From Tubulanus polymorphus (Eukaryota; Animalia; Nemertea), in the NCBI RefSeq assembly GCF_964204645.1, contig NC_134027.1:13424485-13488484 (forward strand): DNA of 64,000 nt. The letters run 5' to 3'. Made by a program: the position numbers and the translations under genes. Positions 33,798 to 45,275 of this stretch are shown here, piece after piece (the first letter of the stretch is position 1; every line of letters starts with the position of its first letter). The notes beneath the pieces are model-generated. The model was given only the letters and a program-made list of their open reading frames with translations, had not been told where the DNA came from and did not search any database.

Positions 33798-36700
33798 GAA
33801 TGAACACCAACCAGAAAATAGTAATGTTAATAAAAATCAATATTATTGCCAATGTTGTAAAAAATACGTCGATACATCTAATAAAACACGACATGAAAAA
33901 ACTGCAAATCATATAAAAAATGTAATAGATTTTGAAACTCCAGAAAATTCCAATGAAAGAAAAGAAAGATTAGAAAATATGAATGTAGATGAAATAAAAT
34001 GTGAAGTTTGTAATGAATTTATAGTAAAAAGGAATTATAATAGACATCTCGAATCACAAAAACACCATCAAAATTTGAGTAATAATGTTTTAGGAAAAGA
34101 TAAACCTCAACAAGTAAAAAAACCAACTTCAAAAACTAAATCCATTTCAAATAAACCTTACATGGAAAATGTTAGAAATTATATCGATTCACTAGAAATA
34201 AAAGATACAATTAAAATTTTAGAAACATCACGCAGTAAAATTGGACCTGCAGCTATTATATTTAGATTTTTTATAGGTACAACAATAGAAGATTATAGTA
34301 AATTTAATGAAATAATAGAAAAAATACTAGATTTGATAACAGATGTTGAATATCCAAAAATTAGTATCTCTGGGAAAGTAAGTTTTTTAAAGTCAGGAGA
34401 TAAAATGGATTATAATATTCAAACACACTCTGAAGAAATAATTTCAAAAACACAAATAAAAGAGAAGTTAGAAAAAATATTTAATGAATTTAAACGTCAT
34501 ATTGAAGAAAGATATTTTGAGGGTTCTGGCTTAACATTGAATGAAATTATATATTTAGATTTAAATGTTTATAATACAAAAAGAAATAAAACATCAAAAA
34601 GTAATAAAATGTTTAAAAATGATTCAAACTTTACAACAGAAAAGGATATCAAAGCATCATCTTATATTAAATTACCATTTACAACAAAAGCAGTAATAAA
34701 TGTTCAAAATGAAGATAATAAATGTTTTCTATGGTCAATTATTAGTTGCTTACATCCAACACAAGAAAATGTGCGTAGAATAACAGATTATCGGAAATAT
34801 GAAACATTATATAAAATTGATCAATATCCAGTAACTATAAAAATGATTCCTAAAATAGAAAAAGTTAATAATTTAAAAATAAATGTATTCGAATTAATGC
34901 AATTACCAAAGACAAAAGGTGAAAATATTAAAGATTATACATTGGAAGCTTTATATTTAACAGAATATTATGATGATGAAAATGCTATAGATTTGTTATA
35001 TTACAAAAAAGATGAAAATGAACATTATATGTGGTTAAAACAAATTGATTTATTCTTTAGAACAGAAAGTGATCACCATAATAAAATGTATCTATGTAGA
35101 AAATGTTTATCTAAATTTATGACTGAGAATACATTATTAAAACATAAAGAATTATGTGAGAATAAAGATTTTTGTAAATTAATAATGCCAACAGAAAAAG
35201 ATTATAAATTGAAATTTACTAATCATAAATTGAAGTTGAAAATGATGATAAAACTGATTGGGAAAGCGCAATTGCGAGTTTAAAAGATGAAGCACCAATT
35301 GGTTATTTCTTTGTAGTTGATTTAGAATATCCTGATAAAATAAAGTTTAAAACAAGAAACTTACCTTATTGCCCAGAACATTAAACTGTAGATGATAGTT
35401 ATTTAAGTGAATACCAGAAGAAAATAAAACCGAAAGATCATGTTTTTACAGAAAAATTAATAATAAATTCATATATATTGTTCATTATAGAATGTTAAAA
35501 TTTTATCTAAAACAAGGAATGAAATTAAAGAAAGTACATAGATATATTGAATTTAATCAATCGAAGTGGTTAGAAAAATATATAGATTTCAATACTCAAC
35601 AGAGAACCATATCAAAAACAGATTTTGAAAAAGATTTCTTCAAATTAATGAATAATAGTTTTTATGGTAAAACATGTGAAAATATTAGAAATAGAAATGA
35701 TATTGAATTAGTAAATAATTCTGAAAGATTAAGACATTTACAATCAAGCCCTAGACATTTAGGAAATAAAAGATTTGAAGATTATTTAACAGCAGTTAAA
35801 TTAAAAAGAACGTCAATGAAATTTAATAAACCTATATTCATTGGTTCAACTGTTTTAGAAGTATCAAAATTATTAATGTATGATTTTTATTATAATGTTG
35901 TACAACCACTTTTTGGGGAAAAGCATATTGAAATATTATATTTTGATTCTGTTACAGCTGACACCCCAATATTATTAAAATGTTATGATAAAATATTGAT
36001 AAGAAGAATTTCAGAAATAATTCCAAAACAAAATGAATGTTATATTTCATATGGTGAAAAAGAATTAATACAAATAAATGGTTTAATGGATGTTTGGACA
36101 AGAAATGGATGGAAAAAATTAAAGAATATTATTAGGCATAAAACAAATAAGAAAATCTATAGAGTTAGAACTAAATTAGGATTTGTAGATGTTACAGAAG
36201 ATCATAATTTAATTAAACGAAATGGCGATGAAATAAAACCAACTGATAAAAAAATTGGAGATGAATCATTACATAAAAGATTTTTCCAAAGAATGAATCA
36301 TATGCCATTTGATGAAATAATTGATAATATTTATAATATAGAACCCGAAACATTAGAAGAAAAAGAATATTTTATCAAAGGATTTCATGGGAGATGGTTC
36401 AGCAGGTGTGTATAATTATGTTTGGGGTAATAAATATTGTTGGTATTTATGCAATCAAGACTTAAAATTATTAGAAAGAATAAAGAAATTCTGTGAAGAA
36501 GTTTATCCAAATAAAACATTTAAAATCATAGATGTTATGAAATCATCGCAATGTTATAGAATACATGTGAATAATCCTAAAGATTTTGCTATAAAATATA
36601 ATGACGAATTCTATATTCATGCAATAGTGAAAAGTAATACTTCAACAAAAGAAAAGATAGTTCCAGATTATGTATTAAATGCAAAAAATAATTTTAGAAA

Positions 36701-37465
36701 ATGGTTCTTCATTGGATTCTACGCAGCAGATGGTCCAAAAAGTTTCAAAAACCGCAAAACGATATCTTAAGCTCAAAAAGGAAAAGTTGCTATATCAGGA
36801 TTGAATATATTATGCAATTCATTGGGTTTTAATATGAATATTGGATTGATTAAATCTAAACCAAATTGCTTTAATTTAAGCCATGTAGAAAATGAGTTAA
36901 CAGAAGAAGTTTAGGATTTATTTGAAATATATAACCCATCAGATTATGTTTATGATTTATCAACTGAAGATGGTACATTTAACTGTGGATTTCCATTAAT
37001 AGCAGTCAATACTGACGCCTACATACTAAAAATCAAGACAAATGACATAACAAAGACTTAAAAACATTAAAACATCATTTTGATTTTAGCAATTATCCCA
37101 AAGATCATGAACTATTTAGCAATGATAATAAAAAGATTCCTGGTAAATTTAAAGATGAACTAGGGGGTGATGAAATGATTGAATTTTTTGGGATAAGAAG
37201 TAAAATGTATAGTTATAGAACAAAAGATCATGAAGCTAAAAAGTTAAAAGGAATAACAAAACATGTGGTTGATAAACATATAGAATTTCAAGATTATATA
37301 AAGTGTTTATATAACTCAATTGTAATGAAACATAAAATGAATTGTTTAAGATCAGAAGATCACGAGATGTACATTAATGAAGTTGAAAAAACTAGTTTAA
37401 ATCCATTTGATGATAAAAGGCATATTTTAGATGATGGTATAAAAACATTACCTTATGGTTATTAA
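33790..37465 (+). pseudogene. Protein-primed DNA polymerase B with intein; disrupted
   Basis: N-terminal Zn fingers, SSYIKLP..INVQNEDNKCFLW, KLMNNSFYGKT, split YFD|TDA, SKMY, DDKR. About 1.37 kb deleted at 35232 relative to copy D. Confidence 0.95.
35948..37010 (+). other. Intein with LAGLIDADG homing endonuclease in pPolB motif C
   Basis: Starts SVTADTP; block B VTEDH; GF(F)MGDG and GFYAADG; block F YVYDLSTEDGTF; ends LIAVN followed by Thr. One frameshift and one stop. Confidence 0.95.
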
Positions 37466-38776
37466 AACATAAAATCAATATCATCATACTCGAAATCACT
37501 ATTGGCTTCTTCATTTTCATTTAATTGTTTAGGTTCTTCTTCCATTTCATTTTTCTCATTTAAATTAAGTTCTATCTTGTTCCACATTTCATCTCGCTCT
37601 CTTTGTTTCTTTTTGTTTGTTAATTCATCAAATGGAATTATAATATGTAGGTTTAAATAATTTACAATCTTATTTAAAAAGAATTCATAATAATTAATTG
37701 AATCTGTTATTCTATTTTCCAAATAATACATTAATATTTGTTTGAATATTTTTTTTTTATTTTTCATATCTTCTGTTAATTTAGGTTTTTCATAATAATC
37801 GTTAAATAATAAATATAAATACATTTTCTTTTGTTTTGTGTTAAATGTTGACGGAATAATTGTTTTTATAATATCTTTTTTTGTTATTTCACCATTTTTA
37901 TTTTCTATCATTTTCATTTTTTCAAGCCATTGCATATATTCTGGTGTATGATCTTCTATAGAAAATATTTTAAAAATTTCATCAAGATAATTTAATTTTG
38001 GATCTATGAGAAAATTTCTAGTTTTTTCTTCACCCAATAAATTCTTTTGCCATCCACATTCATTACAAAATAACACAGTACCTTCTTGCCTTAAGGTCGC
38101 ATAACTACATTGTGGGCATTTTTGTTTATAATTTATTGGTAATAGATCTTCATTAAGCTCTTGGTATTTTCTTACGTTTTCTTTATGTTTTATTGTTCTA
38201 TTATGTAGATTTGAATTACTTGTTGTAATAATCAATTTACAATATTTACAATAATGTTTTTCTTGTTAATTCATTATATTGTTTTTCTAACTTTTCAACT
38301 GTTTCTTTATTATCTGGTAACGTTTTCTCATATTTTATGTTTTCTAATAAATTATCTTTTCTTTCATTGAATTCAGTTTCAAATTTATTAGAAATTTTAT
38401 CTATATGTGCTTTACGAAATTGATGATTCTCCCAATCTTCTGTATTTTCAGGGCTATATTTCATTCGACAAGGCTCACAGAAATGATCTTTTATATTATC
38501 CTTATCATAGAATAAGAAAGGTCTTTTCCAAATACCTTCAGGTTCAACTTCAACAGAATTACTATTACTTTCATTACTATCAACATTAGCCGTTGCGCCA
38601 TTAATTCTACACTTCTCTGAATGTTTTTTAACATAATTTCTTGAGAATGATTTATTACATTTTGGACAGTTTAGTTTAGGGGGTTTATAATTTTCATCAT
38701 GTTTTTTCACATGTCGAGCCATATTACTTTTTCTTAGAAGTTAACCACAAATTTCGCATGGTATCTTCTCATCCAT
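37462..38776 (-). pseudogene. Multi-Zn-finger protein with C-terminal poxvirus A2/VLTF3-like late transcription factor domain
   Basis: CPQC..FCNEC ribbon, RNFLIDPKLNYL, IFKQIL..SINY(Y)EFFLNKI, EMWNKI. TAAATG start at 38776; one stop and a 2-nt frameshift (in frame in copy D). Confidence 0.75.
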
Positions 38777-38844
38777 TTATTAAGGAAAAATTTTATTAAA
38801 ATTAATTTTTAGTGATGAGCGGTAATTTTTTCATGTTATAAATA

Positions 38845-39606
38845 ATGGTAGAATTAAAAGAATACAGAATATTTGTTGATTCTAGAAGGCTTACAAATTA
38901 TAAATCTCATAATTTACTAGTACAATTAGATAGAGAATTCAAGAATTGTGTAGATTAAAAATTAGTTAATATAAGTTTATGTAATTCTTTTTACAATATA
39001 TCGAATAAAACTATTGAACATAGAGCCTTTTTAATTTTTGATAAAGGTAAAAATGAATGGTCCTATATATATTTAAAACCGGGGTTATATAATTTAGATA
39101 CATTAGCACAAGAAATTAATAGAAAAGCCTGGCACAAGTTAGGTAGTAGTTCTGGGTTTAGTATTAGATTTTTAAAAAGTGAGAGTTCTGATAGAATAAA
39201 GATAAGGTTGTCTAATAGTGAAAAACATAAATTTATGGTAAAAAAACCTATAGCTAAACTGTTAGGAATTCTTCCAGATAGATCTTTTAAAAATATTGAC
39301 GCTACTACACCAAACTTAATACCTTACACACATTTCTATATTTATTGCAATTTAATCGATCCTACAAAAACATTCGAAGCAACTAAAGATATAACTTGTA
39401 ATTCTGGTTTACTAAACATTTTACCATTGAAGAATGTTAAAGAATTTGGAACGCAAATAAATTATAATTTAACAGAATGTGATTTCAAACCATGCATTCC
39501 TCGTTTTAATAATTTTAGATTAGAAATTAGAAATCATAATGGATACTTAATTGATTTAAATAATTTCCCTGTAATTTATGAATTAGTTATAAGATGTAGA
39601 GAGTAA
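38845..39606 (+). pseudogene. Minor capsid (penton) protein, one frameshift
   Basis: IFVDSR..LCNSFYNIS N-terminus; FYIYCNL..ILPL..INY..LEIRNHNGYLIDLN C-terminus, typical of Polinton pentons. Confidence 0.8.
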
Positions 39607-39623
39607 TTTTTTTCACTATATAA

Positions 39624-39965
39624 ATGAATATAACTGTTGGACCGAGTTTATGTTTTGGGTTTGATTTTAAACATGGTAAAGAAATGAGAATTAAACTAAA
39701 TGATGTAATTACTGATATAAAAAGTAAATCATTTAACAATGAATCAATGATTAATAAAGAAAATTATAATATAGAAAAAGTAATTGATTTAATTAAATCA
39801 CCTTTAGAATATTATGAATTAAATGAAGATGGAATTATTGATGATATTAAAAACATATTAACCAAAATATATGATAATCATAAAAGTAGTAATGAAATAA
39901 ATGTTGAATTAATCATAAATAAGTTAACTAAATATTTTGATGATAGTAATTTTTTTGATAAATAA
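39624..39965 (+). CDS. Polinton hypothetical protein
   Basis: Conserved with 16801-17133; TAAATG start. Confidence 0.8.
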   Translation: MNITVGPSLCFGFDFKHGKEMRIKLNDVITDIKSKSFNNESMINKENYNIEKVIDLIKSPLEYYELNEDGIIDDIKNILTKIYDNHKSSNEINVELIINKLTKYFDDSNFFDK

Positions 39966-40187
39966 ATGAGTGATAATAAGTGGATAATAACTGGATTATA
40001 TAATGGCGCATTACTATCAGTTGGAACTGTTGGTTATTCAATGGTATTGAAAAAAGTATTTAAAATGGGAAGTGTTAATGTTGATAGATTTGATATAAAT
40101 GATATTTTAAAATTAACATTAGCAGTTACTTTATCTAATTTAACTATTGATTATTTAGAAAAACAAAAATATATTCCTCCCATATAA
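39966..40187 (+). CDS. Small hydrophobic Polinton protein
   Basis: Two hydrophobic stretches; homologue at 17141-17387. Confidence 0.78.
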   Translation: MSDNKWIITGLYNGALLSVGTVGYSMVLKKVFKMGSVNVDRFDINDILKLTLAVTLSNLTIDYLEKQKYIPPI

Positions 40188-40211
40188 ATGCGTAATTATT
40201 TTACTAAATAA

Positions 40212-40634
40212 ATGGCTTCTGCAATTATAACTATTATAGGATCGGCTATTGTTAACGCTTTGGCATTTACTGGTGGCGGATATTTATTTAAACATATTGA
40301 TAAAAATAGTTCATTAGGAGAACAAAGAAGACATAACTTAGCGTTAGAGAAATACAATAAAGCTGCAGAAGAATATAGAGAAAAGGGACAAAACTATATG
40401 GATTACATCAATAAAGAATTATATGGTCAGAAGATTTCACATAGAGATTTTCAATCAGTTGATGATGCAATGAGTTAATATAACTCAGTAACCAATAAAG
40501 AAAAATTACATCTACATAAACCTACAATATCAGATTATTATACCCCAAGTAAAGAACAACAGAAATATGAAATAATATGGATTTTAGGTGGAACAGTTAT
40601 TGTTATATTTGTTGCTTATAAGTTTACTAATTAG
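40212..40634 (+). pseudogene. Membrane protein with N- and C-terminal hydrophobic helices (frameshift at ~40477)
   Basis: MASAIITIIGSAIVNALAFTGG; the homologue at 17388-17810 shows the C-terminal continuation. Confidence 0.75.
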
Positions 40635-40654
40635 TAATTTTTTTTGCTAAATAG

Positions 40655-41088
40655 ATGGAAGATAAAGTTGATAATATTGATATTATTCCTCATGATATAA
40701 ATAAAACTAAACTAAAAACATATTTAGAAAAACAAATATTAGAATTTGAAAGTGACTTAAAGATAAAAAAGAAAAAATATTTAAAAAGTAAAATTATATA
40801 TTATTTGATTATAAGTGGTTCGGTTACAATTAGTTCTGTAATAACATTTCTAGCAATATTCAGTCCATTAACACCTTTAGCTATATCAATTGGTGTATTA
40901 GGATTAAGTTCAAGTGTTTTAACTGGTATAAGTTCAAAATTAAATATAAAAAGTAATAAAGAAAAAATTAAAACTAATATAAAGAAATTAATAAATTAAA
41001 GAATACACTAGATTATATAATAAGTTTAAATGGTCATATAACAGTTGAAGAACAAGATAAATTATTAAAAGAATTAATAAATTATTAA
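40655..41088 (+). CDS. Two-TM Polinton protein (probable frameshift near 40980)
   Basis: IIYYLIISGSVTISSVITFLAIF and LAISIGVLGLSSSVLTGI; homologue starts at 17836. Confidence 0.72.
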
Positions 41089-41104
41089 TTTTTTAATTAT
41101 ATAA

Positions 41105-42496
41105 ATGGTAGATAGTTTTCCAAAAGCTTTCCAATATAATAAATCAATTAAATATAATATTCCAGCAATAGATTTTAATAAAGATATTACATATAGAAAT
41201 GAAGTTTTAGATTCATTAACTAATTTAGAAATTTATGTTACTGAAACTAATAATTTTAATGCAAAGATGGAAAATATATTTCATGTATATTTAATTAATT
41301 TTAAAAAATTGAAAGATGAAAAACAATGGTTATTAAAATCTAATATGAAGTATTGGCAGAACCAATTAAATTTTGCTGTTTATTGTGCAACAACAGGTTG
41401 TGGAATTAGTTGGAATGATCATTTGAATAATTCTAAATATAAATTAATTCAAAGTTTATTTAGATTTCATACATACTTTCAAATAAGAATAATATTAAAT
41501 GAATTAGAGTGCGCTTTACCAGGATCTAGGTATTTTAAAGAATTAGATAATAATATTAATTTAACAAAGTTTTATAAAATTTGTAATGAATTTAATATAG
41601 ATATAAATAATTCTGATTTTAGAACAAAAATTGGAACAATAAGATCACTTCCTTGCCCTAAAAAGACTGCAGAATATTGTGCACTTCCCATACCATCTAA
41701 TAGTTATCTTTATAATATCTATAGTAATAAATTAGGTTATGGTAAAATAGAAACTAAGGATTTAGAAACATTAAATTTCAATAAATTACCGACATTTTAT
41801 GATAATTTAAAACAAGAAAACAATAATGGTTGGGTTTATTTCATTTTAGAAAATAATGAAGGTTTTACAAAATCAGGTATACAAAGAATAAATCAATCTA
41901 TTAGAACTTATTTGATATGTATTTTAGGTGCGCAAGTTGAAACAAGATCCCCGATAATTGGAAATTTGAATACATCATTTGATACGCAGAAACAATTCAA
42001 AGTATTATTTGAAGATTCAATTCATAATGATAAAAATAGATCGATTCCAGAAAACATTGTAAGATATCAAAATTATTTAGATACATCACATATTAGATTA
42101 AATTATTGTATAGGCCCTAATCTATTCATTATTTCTAATGATTTAGTATTAAAGATGGGAAACATAATTGGTTACAATAATCTAATTAAAACTGCAACAA
42201 TAGATAATTCATTTGGATTAAATGATATAAATAAAAAGATTATTACTTCTCCAAAATTAATGGAAGGTGAAAAAAATAAAAAACACATTCAATCAACAGA
42301 AACTAAAACTAAGAATATCAAATTGGATAATGATTCCAAAATAAAAGATTACAATACTACAGAAAATATTAAAATTGATAATATTCAACATAATATAATT
42401 AAAACTGATAATGATAATAAATTACATGAAAATACTAAATTAGCTTTAACTTGTATAGGAATTGTTATAGGAGGAATATTATATTTTGAATTTTAA
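41105..42496 (+). CDS. Polinton conserved hypothetical protein with C-terminal TM anchor
   Basis: Intact 463-aa ORF with WQNQLNFAVYCATTGCGIS and YLICILGAQVETRS; decayed homologue at 18040-18713. Confidence 0.85.
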   Translation: MVDSFPKAFQYNKSIKYNIPAIDFNKDITYRNEVLDSLTNLEIYVTETNNFNAKMENIFHVYLINFKKLKDEKQWLLKSNMKYWQNQLNFAVYCATTGCGISWNDHLNNSKYKLIQSLFRFHTYFQIRIILNELECALPGSRYFKELDNNINLTKFYKICNEFNIDINNSDFRTKIGTIRSLPCPKKTAEYCALPIPSNSYLYNIYSNKLGYGKIETKDLETLNFNKLPTFYDNLKQENNNGWVYFILENNEGFTKSGIQRINQSIRTYLICILGAQVETRSPIIGNLNTSFDTQKQFKVLFEDSIHNDKNRSIPENIVRYQNYLDTSHIRLNYCIGPNLFIISNDLVLKMGNIIGYNNLIKTATIDNSFGLNDINKKIITSPKLMEGEKNKKHIQSTETKTKNIKLDNDSKIKDYNTTENIKIDNIQHNIIKTDNDNKLHENTKLALTCIGIVIGGILYFEF

Positions 42497-42512
42497 TTTT
42501 TTTATGATATAA

Positions 42513-43973
42513 ATGGATGTAGAAGGTGGAGAAGATATTGGAATGGATAATTTTGATGAACCTGGTATAACTGATGAACAACCACCTGATTTTGATGAAA
42601 CAAGTTTCAGTAACGAAAATGAAACAGCATATAATTCTAATTTAGCAAGACCTGATACTAATGAATATGTTAATAAAGCACGTTCAAGATTGGACATTGA
42701 AAATGAAAATCCAGATTTAATGAAAAAAGAACTAGAATATGACGAATTAACTGATAAATTCAAACCAATATTAGAAAAATCTGGATTCAATATAACAAAT
42801 AAAGGTGTGAATTATTTAGTAAAAGATGTGAAATATTTAAATGGTGATTATTATTGGCATTTGAAAGATTACTATTATTTTAAGATATCTTCTAATAAAA
42901 GTCTCGATAAAATGATAACAAAACCAACTTTAATTAAATTAGAACAATCTAGAATTAAGAAAATCAACAATGATGTTATAACTGATGTTACAGAACAAGA
43001 GATAAATCAAAATAGAATAGAATTTAATCGAAGAAATAATGATTTTTTGAAGATAATTAGTGAAAATTTAGAACCAGAAACAATTCCTAAAGAAGATATA
43101 ACTTCCAAAACTAGTAAACTTAAATCAAATAAAGTTCAAACTGAAAAACTTTTACCGAAGGGATTACTTGATGCAACAAAACAAGAATTAGAAGATTTAG
43201 ATATATTTTCTGGTAAAGCAATAAGAGAAATTGAAAGTATAAGACATGCATCTGATAAAATTGCGCATGAAAAAGAAATAAGAGATATTAAAATTAGATT
43301 TTTAGAAAAAGAATTAACTGATAAAAATAAAGAAATAGAACAATTAAAGTCTGATTTAGATCATCAAGTAATTAATGAAATAGAATATAGGCAAAAAGAA
43401 TTACGTTTAGAAAAAGAAAAAGATGATTTAGAATATAACATAGAATTACAAAAAGAAGAAATTAAATTATTATTAAAATCATATGATTATAATATAAAAA
43501 GATTAAAAGATGTTTTTAAAAGATATCTAATAAAACCAAATTCTAAAATATCATTGAAAGATAGAATAGAATTATTATTTAAGTTTGAAGGAATCACAAT
43601 TCTTTCAATTCTAACAGCTGTAACTATGTTATTTACAACAATAGGTTTAGCAATATCAAATGCTTTGAAATCTACCCCTACTCCCAATAAACCAGATAAA
43701 CCCCCGAATGATAATAATTCTATACAAGATAAAGTTAAAGATGGTTTAAAGAAATTAGTAAAATATTTATGGGAACTATCTAAAAAATCTGCTGCAGCAT
43801 TGCCAGGAGTTATTGCATCAATTGTTGGTTTTATATTGAAATCTGCAGGAAACATTATTAACTTTGCTGCTGAACATATTATTTTATTTTTAATTACAGT
43901 TGTAAGTGCTATCATTTTTGGGTTAGTGAATATGATATCAAAAAGATATCAAGAAAAAAATGATAAAAAATAA
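42513..43973 (+). CDS. Coiled-coil protein with C-terminal hydrophobic helices
   Basis: Intact 486-aa ORF: acidic N-terminus, long heptad region, two to three hydrophobic segments; homologue at 18732-20196. Confidence 0.85.
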   Translation: MDVEGGEDIGMDNFDEPGITDEQPPDFDETSFSNENETAYNSNLARPDTNEYVNKARSRLDIENENPDLMKKELEYDELTDKFKPILEKSGFNITNKGVNYLVKDVKYLNGDYYWHLKDYYYFKISSNKSLDKMITKPTLIKLEQSRIKKINNDVITDVTEQEINQNRIEFNRRNNDFLKIISENLEPETIPKEDITSKTSKLKSNKVQTEKLLPKGLLDATKQELEDLDIFSGKAIREIESIRHASDKIAHEKEIRDIKIRFLEKELTDKNKEIEQLKSDLDHQVINEIEYRQKELRLEKEKDDLEYNIELQKEEIKLLLKSYDYNIKRLKDVFKRYLIKPNSKISLKDRIELLFKFEGITILSILTAVTMLFTTIGLAISNALKSTPTPNKPDKPPNDNNSIQDKVKDGLKKLVKYLWELSKKSAAALPGVIASIVGFILKSAGNIINFAAEHIILFLITVVSAIIFGLVNMISKRYQEKNDKK

Positions 43974-43997
43974 ATAATTAATTTTTTTGTTTAATAA

Positions 43998-45245
43998 ATG
44001 AGTGGGAGTTATATAAGTCCTTCTAAGAATCATAGAATATCTAATGCTATTAAAGCAGAAAGATTACATCATATAATTACTCATAACCCTTCTAATATTA
44101 ATCCCGATGAAACTTTATATGTTAGAATTCCTCGATTAACACAAAATACTTTTTATGTTCCAAATAGTATTTATTTATCAGCTGATATAAAAGTAATTGG
44201 TCATGATAATAATTATGTTGTTGATAATGTTGGGAGATATTTGATTAAAAAATTAACTATAAAGATTGGTCCAGAAACAGTTTTCTCATTAGATGATTAT
44301 AATTTATTTATGCATTATAAAGATTTATGGTTAACTAAAGAAAATAGAAATGATATGATATTTCAAGGCATCCAATCAGAAAACCATAATAAATTAAGAT
44401 CTGAAGCCAATAATGCAGTAGTAACTAGTGCCGCAGATAATTTGATAAAAAAGATTTATGGAAGCAAATATAAAATTCCATTATACTTTGAATTGATAAA
44501 TAACAATGCGCCTTTATATAAATATGCAATTCAAGAAGATGTTATATTCGAAATAACATTTGCTCCTGTTAATGAAATTGTAATATCTAGCGTTAATAAA
44601 GATATGGGTTATAAATTATCGAATATATGTTTAGAATATGATACAGTAACTGATGAAAATATTTCAAGTATAATTCAAACTCAATACAATCAAGGATTTT
44701 CATTATTATATGATTACATTGATAAATTTAAAACTGTAACTATTAATGCAAATGATGAAATAATTAATGAGAATATTAACTTCCCAAGAAGATCTATTAA
44801 AGGTATATTAATATTTTTTACCATTGCAACATATACTAATGGCGCAATACAGGTTGATAAGTATTATAATCCTGAAATAACAAAAGTAGAAATAACTATC
44901 GAAGGAATAGCAAATAAAATATTTTGTCAAGGAATGAGAATGATAGATCAGTGGCCAGAAATTAGAAAACATTTTATGAATGAAAAAGTGAAATCATTTG
45001 AAAATTGTAATATTAATCAAATTGATTATTATACCGGCAATAAATATGCATTATGGTTAGATTTTAGAACAACAGAGGATAATTCATTACATGGTTCTGG
45101 AAAAAAACTACAGAACACTAAACATGGAATACAATTATTCATGAAAAAGAAAAGAGGAGACAAAAATTTTAAAATGCACATTTATATTATATCTGATGCC
45201 CAATTAAATATTGTAAATTCACAGTTAGATAGTATTCAATATTAG
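43998..45245 (+). CDS. Major capsid protein (double jelly-roll, inferred)
   Basis: Intact 415-aa beta-rich ORF, highly conserved across copies A, B and C, next to integrase/ATPase. Confidence 0.82.
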   Translation: MSGSYISPSKNHRISNAIKAERLHHIITHNPSNINPDETLYVRIPRLTQNTFYVPNSIYLSADIKVIGHDNNYVVDNVGRYLIKKLTIKIGPETVFSLDDYNLFMHYKDLWLTKENRNDMIFQGIQSENHNKLRSEANNAVVTSAADNLIKKIYGSKYKIPLYFELINNNAPLYKYAIQEDVIFEITFAPVNEIVISSVNKDMGYKLSNICLEYDTVTDENISSIIQTQYNQGFSLLYDYIDKFKTVTINANDEIINENINFPRRSIKGILIFFTIATYTNGAIQVDKYYNPEITKVEITIEGIANKIFCQGMRMIDQWPEIRKHFMNEKVKSFENCNINQIDYYTGNKYALWLDFRTTEDNSLHGSGKKLQNTKHGIQLFMKKKRGDKNFKMHIYIISDAQLNIVNSQLDSIQY

Positions 45246-45275
45246 AAATATAAAGTTAAAATTAACGATATATAA

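Noticed and set aside
42479-43915. Minus-strand ORFs 42479-42790 and 43487-43915
   Set aside because: Antisense shadows of the 486-aa ORF; similar shadows occur at 3269, 21734 and 57980.
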